A DNA stretch of 64,000 bases from contig OX597818.1 in the NCBI GenBank assembly GCA_951406725.2, positions 33,232,001 through 33,296,000 on the forward strand, given 5' to 3'. The position numbers and the translations under genes are program-made. The notes under the pieces were generated by a model, which saw only the letters and a program-made list of their open reading frames with translations, had not been told where the DNA came from and searched no databases. This document shows positions 1-12,833 of the stretch, piece after piece (the first letter of the stretch is position 1; each line of letters begins with the position of its first letter). This stretch comes from Octopus vulgaris (taxonomy: Eukaryota).

Positions 1-31
<31 letters not shown>

Positions 32-254
32 GCGAGAAGTTGAGGTTATAAGAGATAATGGCGTCATAGACCCAAAGGTGTCAGGTAATGCTGAATGAGT
101 GATATAGACACACCATAGTTAAGTTCCAGATTCAGTAATATTGCGAATAAAGGGATCATTGGTTCTATGTCAGTGTGTGTATATAAGAACTTTTTCCGTA
201 ATAAGATAAAAAAGACCAAGGCTGTGTAGATATTAGAGCCTTTATAGATAGAAG

Positions 255-305
255 ATCTTACAGCTGTTTCTAGGATATTTATTAATTATACCCTTCATCG
301 GAGAC
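255..305 (-). ncRNA. Type I hammerhead ribozyme variant (CCGAUGA core)
   Basis: Minus strand: GUCU-CCGAUGA-AGGGUAU-AAUUAAUAA-AUAUCCU-A-GAAA-CAGCUG-UA-AGAU. 7-bp stem II, palindromic ACAGCUGU stem III, GUA triplet, U4C core variant. Confidence 0.7.
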
Positions 306-616
306 GGTGAGAGAGGATAGTTAAATCATAGTTAGTTTAGATGTAATACAAAATGGAGTGTGAGGTGGATGAAAGAAAATAGAAGCAAGATATGTATGGG
401 TATCGAAGTTGTAAATCCATTTTTTAGGCATAATGGTATATACAATATTCCAATATCCTTTGAGTAAAATCCAAAGTCCAACGGAGTTTAAAATGAGTCC
501 ATCCAAAAATAGAGTTTATATGTAATGTAAGATATATATAAAATGTGACCGCGTGTGTACCGTTGGCGATTTTTTTCCCTCCGTCTACGCTTCTCTGGAC
601 CTTTCCTTTTCCCGTA

Positions 617-649
617 TTTCTGACGAAGAGCTCCGCTCGAAACGTTAGA
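617..649 (+). ncRNA. Minimal hammerhead ribozyme of the Penelope-associated type
   Basis: TTT-CTGACGA-A-GAGC-TCC-GCTC-GAAA-CG-TT-AGA. Canonical core, 4-bp stem II, palindromic AACGTT, weak stem I. Confidence 0.7.
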
Positions 650-735
650 CCCTCCTTCTTCCTTCCTTCCTGAGCGTCCAATAATACTATATTTGTTCCA
701 CGTTCTCGCGTTGTTGTGTTTTCATGTTTGGATTA

Positions 736-739
<4 letters not shown>

Positions 740-782
<43 letters not shown>

Positions 783-944
783 ATATATATATGTATATAT
801 GTATATATATATATGTATATATGTATATATATATGTATATATATGTATACATATATGTATATATATATATGTATATATATATGTATATATATATATGTAT
901 ATATGTATATATAAATGTATATATATATATATATATGTATTATA

Positions 945-1005
<61 letters not shown>

Positions 1006-1142
1006 ATATATAGATGTATATATATATGTATGTATATATATATATACATGTATGTATATATATATATACATATATATTTACACATACACATATATATTTA
1101 CACACACACACACACACATATATATATACATGTGTGTATATA
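740..1142. repeat. Compound (TA)n/(TATG)n/(CA)n microsatellite
   Basis: Read directly. Representative of many similar tracts, e.g. 2270-2452, 5115-5252, 14356-14670, 18852-18947, 39780-40110, 52445-52552, 59378-59548, 63890-63973. Confidence 0.95.
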
Positions 1143-1962
1143 GATAGGCAGACAAACAGACAGACAAACAGGCAGACAGGCGGACAGATAAATAAGCCCA
1201 AATAACTGAACATACGTACACGCCCGCCCATCGACACAGTCATACACACATGCAGTAATTTCTATCCATTTTGAACCCTTCTTCGTGTTTAATTATGAAT
1301 AACATGTCACCATTGTCTTGTAATAATTTTTAGTATAATCATTAATTTGGAGAAATGTATTAAAAATATAACATTATGTTATATTGCCATATAATAACCT
1401 GTCCAAAACATTTCATGTAATAGAAAACTACTTGAGATGTTAATTTAAGTATAAACACTTTAATACGTTAGGGTCCTAGACAGATTGATAGGGAAATCGT
1501 TAAATATTCGTCAACACAAACATAATTCTATATTTTAAGATGCTGACCTAGGTCACGCTACATCAGTACTATGATCGGCGTGGAGGATAGGTGTCAAAGT
1601 CGTTGGCACCTATTAGATGATGTTTTGGGACATTTGACACGAGATGTAAAGAACTGTGATTCCACTAGTGTGTTTTTGTTGTATTGTGACAGCCAAGGAT
1701 TTCTCCTTCGTCTTTCTTTCTTCCAAGCTTTGCGTCACAACCTTCCACTTCCAACTATTTTGTCTTAAATTGGCTGAGCGTGACAAAAATGTCAGAATTT
1801 TCTCTTTCAGAATTGACATTAGTTTTGGTAAAGAAATATTTTGATAAACTTTTCTCTATAGATATCACAGGAAAAAAGAGGAGGAAAAAATAACGTTGCC
1901 AAAAGATTTCCTGTTTTATTTTTCTCATAGACTTTGGAACTAAGATTGCGCACACATTCATA

Positions 1963-2048
<86 letters not shown>

Positions 2049-2376
2049 TAGAACGGTACCTGCGTGTATTGTTTGTGTTTGTGTAAGTGTATATAATCCT
2101 GTGTGTGAGTGTGTGTGTTTGCTTTTGTGTGAAGGAAGGGATAAAGCGAAAGAACTCAAAGAAATATTTACAGTAGTACAAACGTAAACTAAAGTACACA
2201 CACACGCACGTACAGGAACACATAAACACACATCAATGCACACAGACATATATGCATACGCACACACATATATGTGTGTATATATATATATATATACATG
2301 CATATATATATATATATATATATATACTCGTATATATATATATATGTATATATATGCATATATATATATGTACACG

Positions 2377-2453
<77 letters not shown>

Positions 2454-2752
2454 ATCGTATCACTCTCTGTATATATACACGTAAAATTGCTGATTTTAAA
2501 CCTTAAACTGCAAGCACACACACAGGAATAAACACAAATTTGGTATGAACATATATATAGGAGGTAAGTGAGTACGTATGTATTCATGCATGTATGTATG
2601 TATGTATGTATGTATGTATGTATATATGCATGCATGTTTGCATATAAGTGTTGGTGCTCACACATTTATAATCAATAATTTGTATATCTTGTAGGTTGTA
2701 TTAAATTTCCCTCGCTCTTACATACACAGTTTCACATCTCTTATATAAATAT

Positions 2753-2833
<81 letters not shown>

Positions 2834-3103
2834 CATATATACATATATATATGCATATGTAAAGTATATAAATGTATATATTTACACACATATATATATA
2901 TATAAATACATAACCACACGCGTATATATTTATGTATGTATACACACACACACGTGCGCACACGCGTGTATTATAGATTTATCGTTATAACTCTCCTGCG
3001 CCCTCTTTCCTGTTTATTTATTCACCTACCGTTCACACAGATTTGAAATATTTCCAGACTTTAAAATCACTTTTTTCTTTTCCTTGTTTCTTTAAGATTT
3101 AAG

Positions 3104-3920
3104 TATTGCTCAATCTTTTACAAGTCTAGGCCTTGAGTTCATATCAGACATGAGGTACTTCAATATCTTAAACACCATATATATTGTATTTATATATAAT
3201 CGATATTTGGTACTCTATAATTAAGCTATAGATTCTACCAAAGAAGTGAGTATGGTATAAACTCCATCAAATATATATGTCTGTGTGTGTGTTTGCGCGC
3301 GTGTGTGTGTCTGTGTGTGAGTATGCGTCTTCGTAAATACCTTTTCCAAATTAAATATATTAACAAATCATAACGATATCGAGGATAACTTGCACGAAAG
3401 CAAATAAATAAAAATCTCAATAAACCTACAATCAATGATATAGACACCCCAATAGAAATCCTTAAAAATCCACACCCCAAAAATAACACCCCACACAAAA
3501 ACCTTATAAACAAAATATTTCTATACTCTGCCATAAATAATAAAGCAAAACTTACTTGCGCGTGTATATGTGTTTTTGTATGATTGTATGTATATATGTA
3601 TGGAGATAGAAAGATAGATAGATAAATAAATTGACAAACAGACAGACAGATAGACAGACAGCATTACGTACAAAATGATTAGATGTAATCCATGCAGTAG
3701 TTCATTACTTCTATTTTCGATTTTTTAATTTTTTTTTTTTACAGAACTCTTAAATATTGCTCGATCTTTTACATGTCTAGGCCTTGAGTTCATATCAGAC
3801 ATGAAGTACTACAATATCTTAAACACCTTTTATTTTATTTATATATAATCGATATTTGGTACGCTATAATTAAGCTATAGATTCTACCAAAGAAGTGAGT
3901 ATGGTATAAACTCCTTCAAA
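3104..3920 (+). repeat. Local direct duplication of ~165 bp (3104-3271 and 3755-3920)
   Basis: TATTGCTC..GTCTAGGCCTTGAGTTCATATCAGACATGA..CTACCAAAGAAGTGAGTATGGTATAAACTCC in both copies, with few mismatches. Confidence 0.85.
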
Positions 3921-5132
3921 GTCACTTTTCAGCTAGGTGGTTTCGGTTCAATTTTACCACGTGTCGCCCTGTGAAACTGTTAAAACATAGGTTTCAGCTG
4001 AGTGTGCAGATGAAAATTTGCTATATGGAATCAGTGTAGACGCTCTTTGCTGGGACAGTTTGTGATATTGTGCGTTTATGTTGAAAGATTAACCCATCAC
4101 TCGGTTTAAGACCATCCTCTAGTCCCTTGGTTATTTTAGCGGAATCCAACCAGTTGTAAGAATCTGGGTTAGATGTGCGATTTAAGGACAACTAGAACGT
4201 ACACGCGCCTGATTCGTAGATTTTTCAGAAGTGTATAAGGACATTGTATAATACTTCCAGAGTGTAATTTGATATATATTCCATGATGTATAGCAAATAA
4301 CAGTGATCTATGTGTTGAAATCAATACGAATACTTTCTCAAGCAGTGCTGGTCTGTTACCTAACAGTGCGTGGGATACATTAGTAACCAAAGTTTACCCA
4401 AACAGATGAGTATTCTCAGAGAATGCTTCATTAGAGTCGTATAAACTTTCCTTCAGGCGCATGCACACATACACACAGTCACACACACTCGCACATACAA
4501 ACACACACACACATGCACGCACACAAATACTCATATCTACAAGCTTATATAAATACGCATACAGAGACACAAAATAGCGTTTGGTGAATGACGCCACTAT
4601 CTAAAACATTGTGTTTATTCACGTGATAATAGGGATCTAATTAGATATTGTGTAACAGAGACGATAGGTGAGCATCTTCAAGCTGTCAGTTAGAGACTTG
4701 TAGATAGTTATAGCTATTTATAAGCAGTGGCGGCTCATGTATAAGCACTACTGAACTGCAGCACCAGCAATTCCATTCGATATTATGGATAACATTCAAT
4801 ATGAGTCCTTTTTTCTTTAATTTCTTCTTTATACTTGTACATTACATAATCCTTAAGCTTAAAGTAGCCATCCCTCAGTTTATGAAAAAGATATAAAAAT
4901 CTCTGTAAAGAACTTTGTTCCCGTTCCATTTTTCGCACTAAAGTTCTTCACGTTTTTTCCACGTTTCTTCTAATTTTTTTACTACCCAGCGTCGTTGTTT
5001 TTAGAATATATATAACGCATAAACAAAACGTGAAAGATTAATTCAATATACGTAGCGTATTTTATAAATATACCTGCTGAAGTCAAGAACCGGATCATCT
5101 TCGCAATTTCGGCTATACACATATATATATAT

Positions 5133-5217
<85 letters not shown>

Positions 5218-5384
5218 CACATATATATATACATATATATATATATATACACATGTAAGTGTTTTTACCGAAAATCATGCACAAGTGGAAATAATGTTTT
5301 AACTCACATAGGTCATTCACATGCTGCTAGAGTGGCTCTTCTTACCTCTGACAATTTTCCTGCTATTCTTCTTTGGAGGCAAAT

Positions 5385-6710
5385 AATGGGTTCCAAACAG
5401 AAGCAGTGCGCTATCATTGAATTCTTCTCGAAGGCTGTCCGACAAACATGAAAAAGCTACTTTTTTAAATGAGTATAACAGCTATGACAAACGTATGCAT
5501 TTAAATGGTTTGAGTCGCTTAAAGAAGTGGGTAAACGGGATTGAAGACAAATCGCGCAGCGGGAGATGATTAACTGCGACCACTCACAGGAATCGTAAGA
5601 AGTGAACAAATTGATTCGAGCCAAGAGATAAGTGACGGGTTGCATGCTTACTGTATAACTCACTGGACTATTACTAAATATAGTGGAAGAATTTGGGGAC
5701 TGGAAAATATGGATAAAGTGGAAGCTTTATCTGATATTGGATTTGAAGGAAAGAATGGTGGAAAACTATGTGAAGCTTTTGAAGCTAATAAAAACCCGAT
5801 TATTCCGATCTGGCGACAGAGGATGGAATGTCTTAGTACCCTCATTATTATAATCGAATTATGATCGGTGGAATAGCCTCACAATTCTTTTCCAAAGACT
5901 AAGAAATTCAAGAGTCTCGATACTTTGGGGAATGATAAGACATCATCCTAATTATTCATTACTTCCGTCTTAGCGAAGGCGGAGGTATTGTTTTCAGTCG
6001 TGGTTGTTTGTCTGTTTGACTGTTTGTCTGAGGACAAGATAGCTCAAGAGCCGCTGGATGGATTCGGATGAAACTTTCAGGGATGTTTGGCCTTGTGACT
6101 GGTACGAACGGATTAAATTTATGGATCGATCTACTACCAGACAAGGATTCTGGATTATTTTTCCTGTTTTTTTACTTCATTTTTGTAAGCGGTCGGGTTC
6201 ATTTTTAGTATTCTCGTTTGTGAGAGCAGTTGAGTTTATTTCAGATATTCTCATTTGAAAAATCATCTCTGACTAATCGCTGAGTGTTGCCTTGGCGGAG
6301 TTTTGCGCTCTCTGTGTGCTCATGTTTATTTTGAAGTGGCTACAATATTATACTCAAAACGCTTAGGGTCTCGAAGAGATGCACATTCAACTCGAAAATG
6401 TGCGACCCCACGTATTTTTGGTTATAAATCAGGCAATCAGCAAACTGAGTAGTAGGGCTAGACAGTGATTTACACAACCTCCATAAATCCCAGATTTACC
6501 TATGATATGGATTGAAGACCTCTGACCTTCTTACAAGTCATTTTGACTCCATCAAAACAAAACTTTATAAGTGCTAATAGTTCTTTACTAAAACTTTTAA
6601 AAAGCTAGTCTCAAGCGAAACTTTAAAGTCACTGGCATACATATTTTTAAAACTTTAAGAAGTGTAAGTGAGAAATTTATCAAATATATGAAGTGATGTC
6701 AATAAATAAA
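5385..6710 (+). pseudogene. Highly decayed mariner transposase relic, split by an insertion
   Basis: Fragments [37 protein letters not shown] and QPP*IPDL occur in mariner order across shifting frames. Confidence 0.7.
5958..6326 (+). mobile_element. Non-autonomous Helentron-associated (HINE/DINE-1-like) element nested in the mariner relic
   Basis: 5' hairpin CTTCCGTC..GGCGGAGG, internal (GTTT/GTCT) simple repeat, 3' CCTTGGCGGAG followed by hairpin GCGCTC-TCT-GTGTGC, T-rich flanks. Confidence 0.6.
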
Positions 6711-6884
6711 GAAAAGACAAAATATTGTATCTCTCTATATAGGTTGTTTAACACTTCTACTATATTTCGAGTAAACGTCAATTTATCAAATATAAGTTAA
6801 AAAGTATACCGAGGGTTCGGAAAAGTCATCTGCCCGTAATAATAAGCCGTTTGTCAGAAAATTTGGATTAATATTACCGTATAT

Positions 6885-7032
6885 ATTTCTTTACTATCCA
6901 CAAGGGGCTAAACATAGAGGGGACAAACAAAGACAGACAAAGGGATTAAGTCGATTACAACGACCCAGTACGAAACTGGTACTTTATTTATCGACCCCTA
7001 AAGGATGAAAGGCAAAGTCGACCTCGGCGGAT
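6885..7032 (-). mobile_element. SINE family A, 5'-truncated
   Basis: Tail ATTTCTTTACTATCCACAAGGGGCTAAAC and core AAGGATGAAAGGCAAAGTCGACCTCGGCGG. Confidence 0.8.
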
Positions 7033-8990
7033 TTTGGATTAATCTTACTATATATTTAATGAAAGCGTGTTTTTCCGAAATATAATAAAGAATTAAACAA
7101 TTTATTTAGGGGAATTAAATATCATATCTTTACACACACAGACACACAAACACACACACACACATTAAATATTTGAGCGCTCTTTTAACATTACTGTCCG
7201 CAAAAAAAATATTCTACTCTTTTATATGTATCAACTCCTTACGCATGTTTTATATAGTTTAACTATATTTACATGCTATAATCTTTTATCTTTTATATTG
7301 TTATACTATATGTGTGTGTATGAGGGTGTGAGTGGGTGTGTGTGTATCATTACATATGTAAAAGTATATATATATATGTGCGTGAGTGTGTGCGTGTTGA
7401 TTTTTTTGGGGGGTATTTTGTATGAATATGTATGGAGATAGAAAGATAGATATATAAATAGCTACAGAAACAAAAAGGCAAACAGACAGATAGTCAGACA
7501 ATGGTACATTCATACGTTCATTCATTCCTATATATATATATACATTCATACATTCACCACATACATACCTACATGTACATGCATGCTTACATACAAACAT
7601 ACATAACTACAGCGTGCAATAACTGGAATTCTTGACAAACGTTGCTTAAATAAACATCCTCAAGAAGCAATCACATATTTTTTATTTCCTCTTTGACAAA
7701 ACACTCTTTCGTGAGTAAATGTATATGTGTATACCAGTGTGTGTGTGTCTATGTGTGTACGTATATATATGTATATATATACATATGCATTCATACATAA
7801 ATACATACATACATGAATGCTGACACACATAGTCGAGTTATTTTCTCCTCACCTTTTCTTTCAGTCAAAACAATTGTTTGGGAATGAAGCAAGCTATGTA
7901 ATAACCGAGATTAGATCTAAGAACATATCTAAAGCGCTAAATGTTAAGTTCAAAGCAAGAACGGTAGTTTATCGTCACGGATAGAAAGTTGTGGGTTTTG
8001 AATTTCAATGCTATCATAGTTATTATTTATTATTTACTCTGGTTATTTTTGGTGTTGTTTTACACGACATCATTATTATTATTATTAGTTATATTGCCTG
8101 AAAGTGTAAAATGATTTATGTTAATTTGAATATTGTTAATTAACAAGCAGAGCTTCCTATTACTTTCGGCATTCTTTTCGTGCATAACTCTGGAGGGGGA
8201 ACAATTAGCAATGTTAAAAGATCATACGAACTACTGTAAAGATATGGTTGAAAAAAATCCTGGAAATAATTATCAGTGCACCCGGCTAAGGAGGATATCT
8301 ATTTTCTGTTGGGTGAGTGGGTCGATAGTGCCCTAAAAAAGACTAACAAACATACATGTACAAGCCCTGCTCGCTCACTCACAGGCACACGCTAACACAC
8401 GCACACACACCTCGCAAACACACACTATATGTATATATATAGTGACACAAGGAAATGCAATTATTTTGTAGTAATCTTAATACTTAATGAAAGAATACAT
8501 ACACAGCGCTCAAGCGTTTTATCCATCTCCTTCATTAGATATTCAGGAGAATTATTATATTTTCAAATGGAGAACTGTTGTATTTTCAATGCCTCTGCTA
8601 TTTGAAATAATTATGTATTAAAATATCAGATTTACACAATTTTGGGCTCAAAATTCATCTATATCTTCTCCCTGTGCATTCCATGTTAAGAACATTGAGA
8701 ACGAGCGAGAGGGTTTAAGTACGAGGAAACCATTTGAAAGACACCCAGTTCGTATACCGTAACTGGCAATGTGGAGTTGTTTTGCTTAAGTTACCTAGTT
8801 CTTTATGAGAGAATACATCTTTCCCTAAATAGGTACCGTCAAAAGCTGCTGTTGCTAGGTCTACCTCCAGCAGATATACATTCAAAGGCATTCCAGCCGT
8901 GACCAACTTGTCTTCCTGTTTTTGTATGTGATAATGCGTCATTTTTTCTGTTTTATAAGTATGTAGAGCGAGATTAGAAATACATACTAG

Positions 8991-9237
8991 CATGGGCCCC
9001 GGAACAGTGCACCCCCTAGAATTTTGTGGAGTGCAGAACCAAAATTTGCAGCCCTACTTATTTTCCCCGGGTTTAGAAAACGGTAAATAAAAAGTGATGC
9101 GTAAAAAGTAGCTTGAAGTTAGGTTCCTTCTCAAAGAAAAAAACTAAAAAATGGCAAAAAAAAAAAAAGATCTTGTTTGTAAATAATTTTGGACCTGGGT
9201 TTACCACCCCTAGGCAAATTTCATTCCCGAGTCAGTG
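8991..9237. mobile_element. hAT-type MITE
   Basis: Perfect 8-bp flanking duplication CATACTAG (8983-8990 and 9238-9245); CA...TG termini with degenerate ~14-bp TIRs. Confidence 0.6.
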
Positions 9238-9440
9238 CATACTAGGTATTCAAGTAGCCTTCGGATATCTAGCAACAAAGCTGCAACAACATTGAAGTTG
9301 ATACTTCAACGTTGAAGGCGCGTTTGTGTGTGTGTGTGCGCGCGCGTATGTGTACGCGTTATGGTGTATGCGTTTGTGCATGTATGTATATGTTATTTAA
9401 TATATGTATATATATATATTTATTCATACACATACGTTAT

Positions 9441-9825
9441 AGGAGCAGGGGTCGCTTTGTGGTAAGTAGTTTGCTTACCAACCACCCGAGTTCAGTCCCA
9501 TTGCGTGGCACCTTGCGCATATGTCTTCTTCTGTATCCTCGGGCCAACCTAAGCCTTGTGATTGGATTTGGTAGACGGAAACTGAAAGAAGCCTGTTGTT
9601 TATATGTATATATGTGTGCATGTGTCTGTATATGTTTGTTCCCCCAACATCACTTGACAACCAATTCTGGTGTGTTTATGTCCCCGTAACTTAGCGATTC
9701 AGCAAAAGAGACCGATAGAATAAGTACTAGGTTTACCAAGAATAAGTTCTGGAGTCGATTTGCTCGACTAAAAATGGTGCCCCAACGTGGCCGCAGTCAA
9801 ACGACTGAAATAGGAAGAGAGAAAG
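9441..9825 (+). mobile_element. SINE family B (tRNA-like head, internal TA/TG microsatellite)
   Basis: A/B-box-like head, TGCGTGGCACCTTG, GGTAGACGGAAACTGAAAGAAGCC, internal microsatellite, GGCCGCAGTCAAA..ACTGAAA tail. Confidence 0.8.
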
Positions 9826-9921
9826 TAATGGCCAGATAACCGAAGAGATGGTGGTGTGTATTTCCACCTCGGCATCCGAAACTCAGAGTTTTATCTTGGC
9901 TACCGAATAATTGTCACATAT

Positions 9922-9996
<75 letters not shown>

Positions 9997-10173
9997 GCTT
10001 AGTAAAATAAATTACTTTGCCACATACTGAACTCATTAGAAATAGTAGCTAAAAAAACTTTTTTAAAACTATTTCTAATACTTAAAGAAAATCTATCTCA
10101 TATAGTGTTTGCTCAATTCAACTCACGAAAGTATGGGGGCAAAGACATTAAAAAATCAAATGCAAAGGTTATT

Positions 10174-10225
10174 TGAGAACGTACGTTTCAAGATTAGTCA
10201 ACTCGACATTTCTATCATCAGCTCA
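10174..10225 (-). ncRNA. Type I hammerhead ribozyme (minimal, palindromic stem III)
   Basis: Minus strand: UGAG-CUGAUGA-UAGAAAUGUCGAGUUGACUAAUCUU-GAAA-CGUACG-UU-CUCA. Stem I UGAG/CUCA; stem II AGA/UCU plus GUCG/UGAC; palindrome AACGUACGUU; GUU triplet. Confidence 0.8.
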
Positions 10226-11230
10226 GAACTCCTTGATTTGATTTGAAAACACTGAAAGTGGGAGCATACCCTTTCGGCTTCTTATCGCTTCTGAAGATCT
10301 GCTCGAAACTAACAGTGCCAGCAAACCCAAAATATGCAAGCGAAGAATTTCTACTCTCCCCTTTCCACCAGCGTGGGTTAAAATCAACAAACACTATGCT
10401 TTTTCGGTAAAATCCGAAGCATTAAATAGAGAGAGATGAATTATAATTTCAACAATTGAGGGTAAAATTAATTAATTATTAATCAATTTCACCAAGTATT
10501 CAGCATGTAAAGGGACCATTTAAGGCGAATTCAAATTATTACATTATATAAAAGGGCTTAGTAAAATAAATTACTTTGCCACATACTGAACTCATTAGAA
10601 ATAGTAGCTAAAAAAACTTTTTAAAACTATTTCTAATACTTAAAGAAAATCTCTCTCATATAGTGTTTGCTCAATTCAACTCACGAAAGTATGGGGGTAA
10701 AGACATTAAAAAATCAAATGCAAAGGTTATTTGAGAACGTACGTTTCAAGATTAGTCCCCCATACTTTCGTGAGTTGAATTAAGCAAACACTATATGAGA
10801 GAGATTTTCTTTAAGTATTAGAAATAGTTTTAAAAAAGTTTTTTTAGCTACTATTTCTAATGAGTTCAGTATGTGGCAAAGTAATTTATTTTACTAAGCC
10901 CTTTTATATAATGTAATAATTTGAATTCGCCTTAAATGGTCCCTTTACATACTGAATACTTGGTGAAATTGATTAATAATTAATTAATTTTACCCTCAAT
11001 TGTTGAAATTATAATTCATCTCTCTCTATTTAATGCTTCGGATTTTACCGAAAAAGCATAGTGTTTGTTGATTTTAACCCACGCTGGTGGAAAGGGGAGA
11101 GTAGAAATTCTTCGCTTGCATATTTTGGGTTTGCTGGCACTGTTAGTTTCGAGCAGATCTTCAGAAGCGATAAGAAGCCGAAAGGGTATGCTCCCACTTT
11201 CAGTGTTTTCAAATCCAAACCAAGGAGTTC

Positions 11231-11282
11231 TGAGCTGATGATAGAAATGTCGAGTTGACTAATCTTGAAACGTACGTTCTCA
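11231..11282 (+). ncRNA. Type I hammerhead ribozyme (inverted copy of 10174-10225)
   Basis: TGAG CTGATGA TAGAAATGTCGAGTTGACTAATCTT GAAA CGTACG TT CTCA read directly on the plus strand. Confidence 0.8.
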
Positions 11283-11577
11283 AATAACCTTTGCATTTGA
11301 TTTTTTAATGTCTTTACCCCCATACTTTCGTGAGTTGAATTGAGCAAACACTATATGAGAGAGATTTTCTTTAAGTATTAGAAATAGTTTTAAAAAAGTT
11401 TTTTTAGCTACTATTTCTAATGAGTTCAGTATGTGGCAAAGTAATTTATTTTACTAAGCCCTTTTATATAATGTAATAATTTGAATTCGCCTTAAATGGT
11501 CCCTTTACATACTGAATACTTGGTGAAATTGATTAATAATTAATTAATTTTACCCTCAATTGTTGAAATTATATATA

Positions 11578-11610
<33 letters not shown>

Positions 11611-12654
11611 ATTTGTTTATTTATTTAATTTCATGGGAATTAAAAACTTTCGAGTAAACATGGAATAATTCTTGTTGCCAAATTGTCTTCTGATCCCTAG
11701 CCTACAAATTTAAAAAGCGGAAAGTTACATTTAATGATGGGCATTGTTACATTTAATAATGGGTATGTGCTTGTCACATGCAAAGTCATGGAGTCAATAT
11801 GGTTACGGAGGTAATACTTTTGATCATACAACTGCTTGATCAAAGTTGACTTCGAGTAGAAAGCAACAAGGATAGCAGATATTACCTATTTAGAGAAAAG
11901 TGTAATCTGTCATAATGAAACTGATGTAACTCGGTTATTTATAATGCTCAGTGTAAGCAATAATATGCCAAAGGAGTACATATCTGCGATTTATCAACGT
12001 GAATGTATTAGAGACATTTTTACCGACCCGCTAACATCTGTGGTAGCTTTCTTTGGAATAATGATTAGCTTATATCAGCATGTATTTGATATTTTGATTA
12101 TAGTTTGCGATTACATATAATCTTGTATAACTATTTGTCAAAACAAAGCCGTTTATTGGATTGGTTTTAGTGTTTGAATAATATAATCTATTCGTTCAAC
12201 AGACGTATATACACATGTTTATTTAAGATAATGCTATATTTGTATAGTTTCTCAGCCGCAGTAAGAAGCTTTGAGATATTTGGTAGAAATTGAGAAGCAG
12301 ATATTATCTAATCCAGTAAATATTCATGTTACCGTTATCAATAAATAAGCTTTCGTGTTATCATTTCCATATTATTTTGAAATAAGCACATCATCGGAAG
12401 TATGTTACATGAAGAGTCTAAAGGACAGCAGTTGGTTTATATATCATGCTGGACGTATCCAATAAAACACAAAAGAACTAAGTTGTTAGTTGTGTAATGT
12501 AAGTTATTACTTACAGCAGTTACTTATGTATAAGTTTGAATTGAAATAAAAATCAAATTTAAAATGTGACCATTCATAAAAATATCCTAAATTAAAATAT
12601 GCCATATATATGAGTATTTCCACACTAACTTGCATCATGACAGACTCATTGCTG

Positions 12655-12833
12655 AGACCAGCAATAGTCAGTCATCATATTAGTGTTCCACCTTGATACC
12701 TAGTCTTCATGGTCTCGATGTCTTGGAATCTTTCTCCTTGATCATCGCTTATTGCATTATGATTTTCAAGAAAGTACTCCAGATGATTGAGCAGGAAATG
12801 TATCTATTCATCTTGCAGTCCAGTACTCGAAAA
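12655..12833 (-). pseudogene. Transposase C-terminal relic, Chapaev3/CMC-like
   Basis: Minus strand with frameshifts: FRVLDCKMN / IHFLLNHLEYFLENHNAISDDQGERFQDIETMKTRYQG / WNTNMMTDYCWS. Family assignment is from recall of the HFLHSHLD..GERFHQDI..RYQG..DYCW motif. Confidence 0.65.

Larger units (their letters stand above)
9996..11573. mobile_element. 560-bp hammerhead-containing unit in tandem plus inverted (head-to-head) arrangement, between (TA)n tracts
   Basis: GGCTTAGTAAAATAAATTAC at 9996 and 10555. Orientation flips at ~10757, and the inverted arm has a 560-bp period (CATACTTTCG at 10761 and 11321). Arms 9996-10697 and 10757-11460 are reverse complements. Confidence 0.88.

Noticed and set aside
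687-2963. Long YI/HT/CV-rich ORFs here and throughout the window
   Set aside because: Translations of TA, CA and TATG microsatellites, which lack stop codons.
8715-8993. 92-aa minus-strand ORF
   Set aside because: Overlaps a decayed dispersed repeat (CAAAGGCATTCCAGC motif, also at ~63170); no domain recognised.
11045-11347. 100-aa ORF in the 560-bp unit
   Set aside because: Antisense to the ribozyme, disrupted by an indel in the other copy (~10235), and no recognisable motif.
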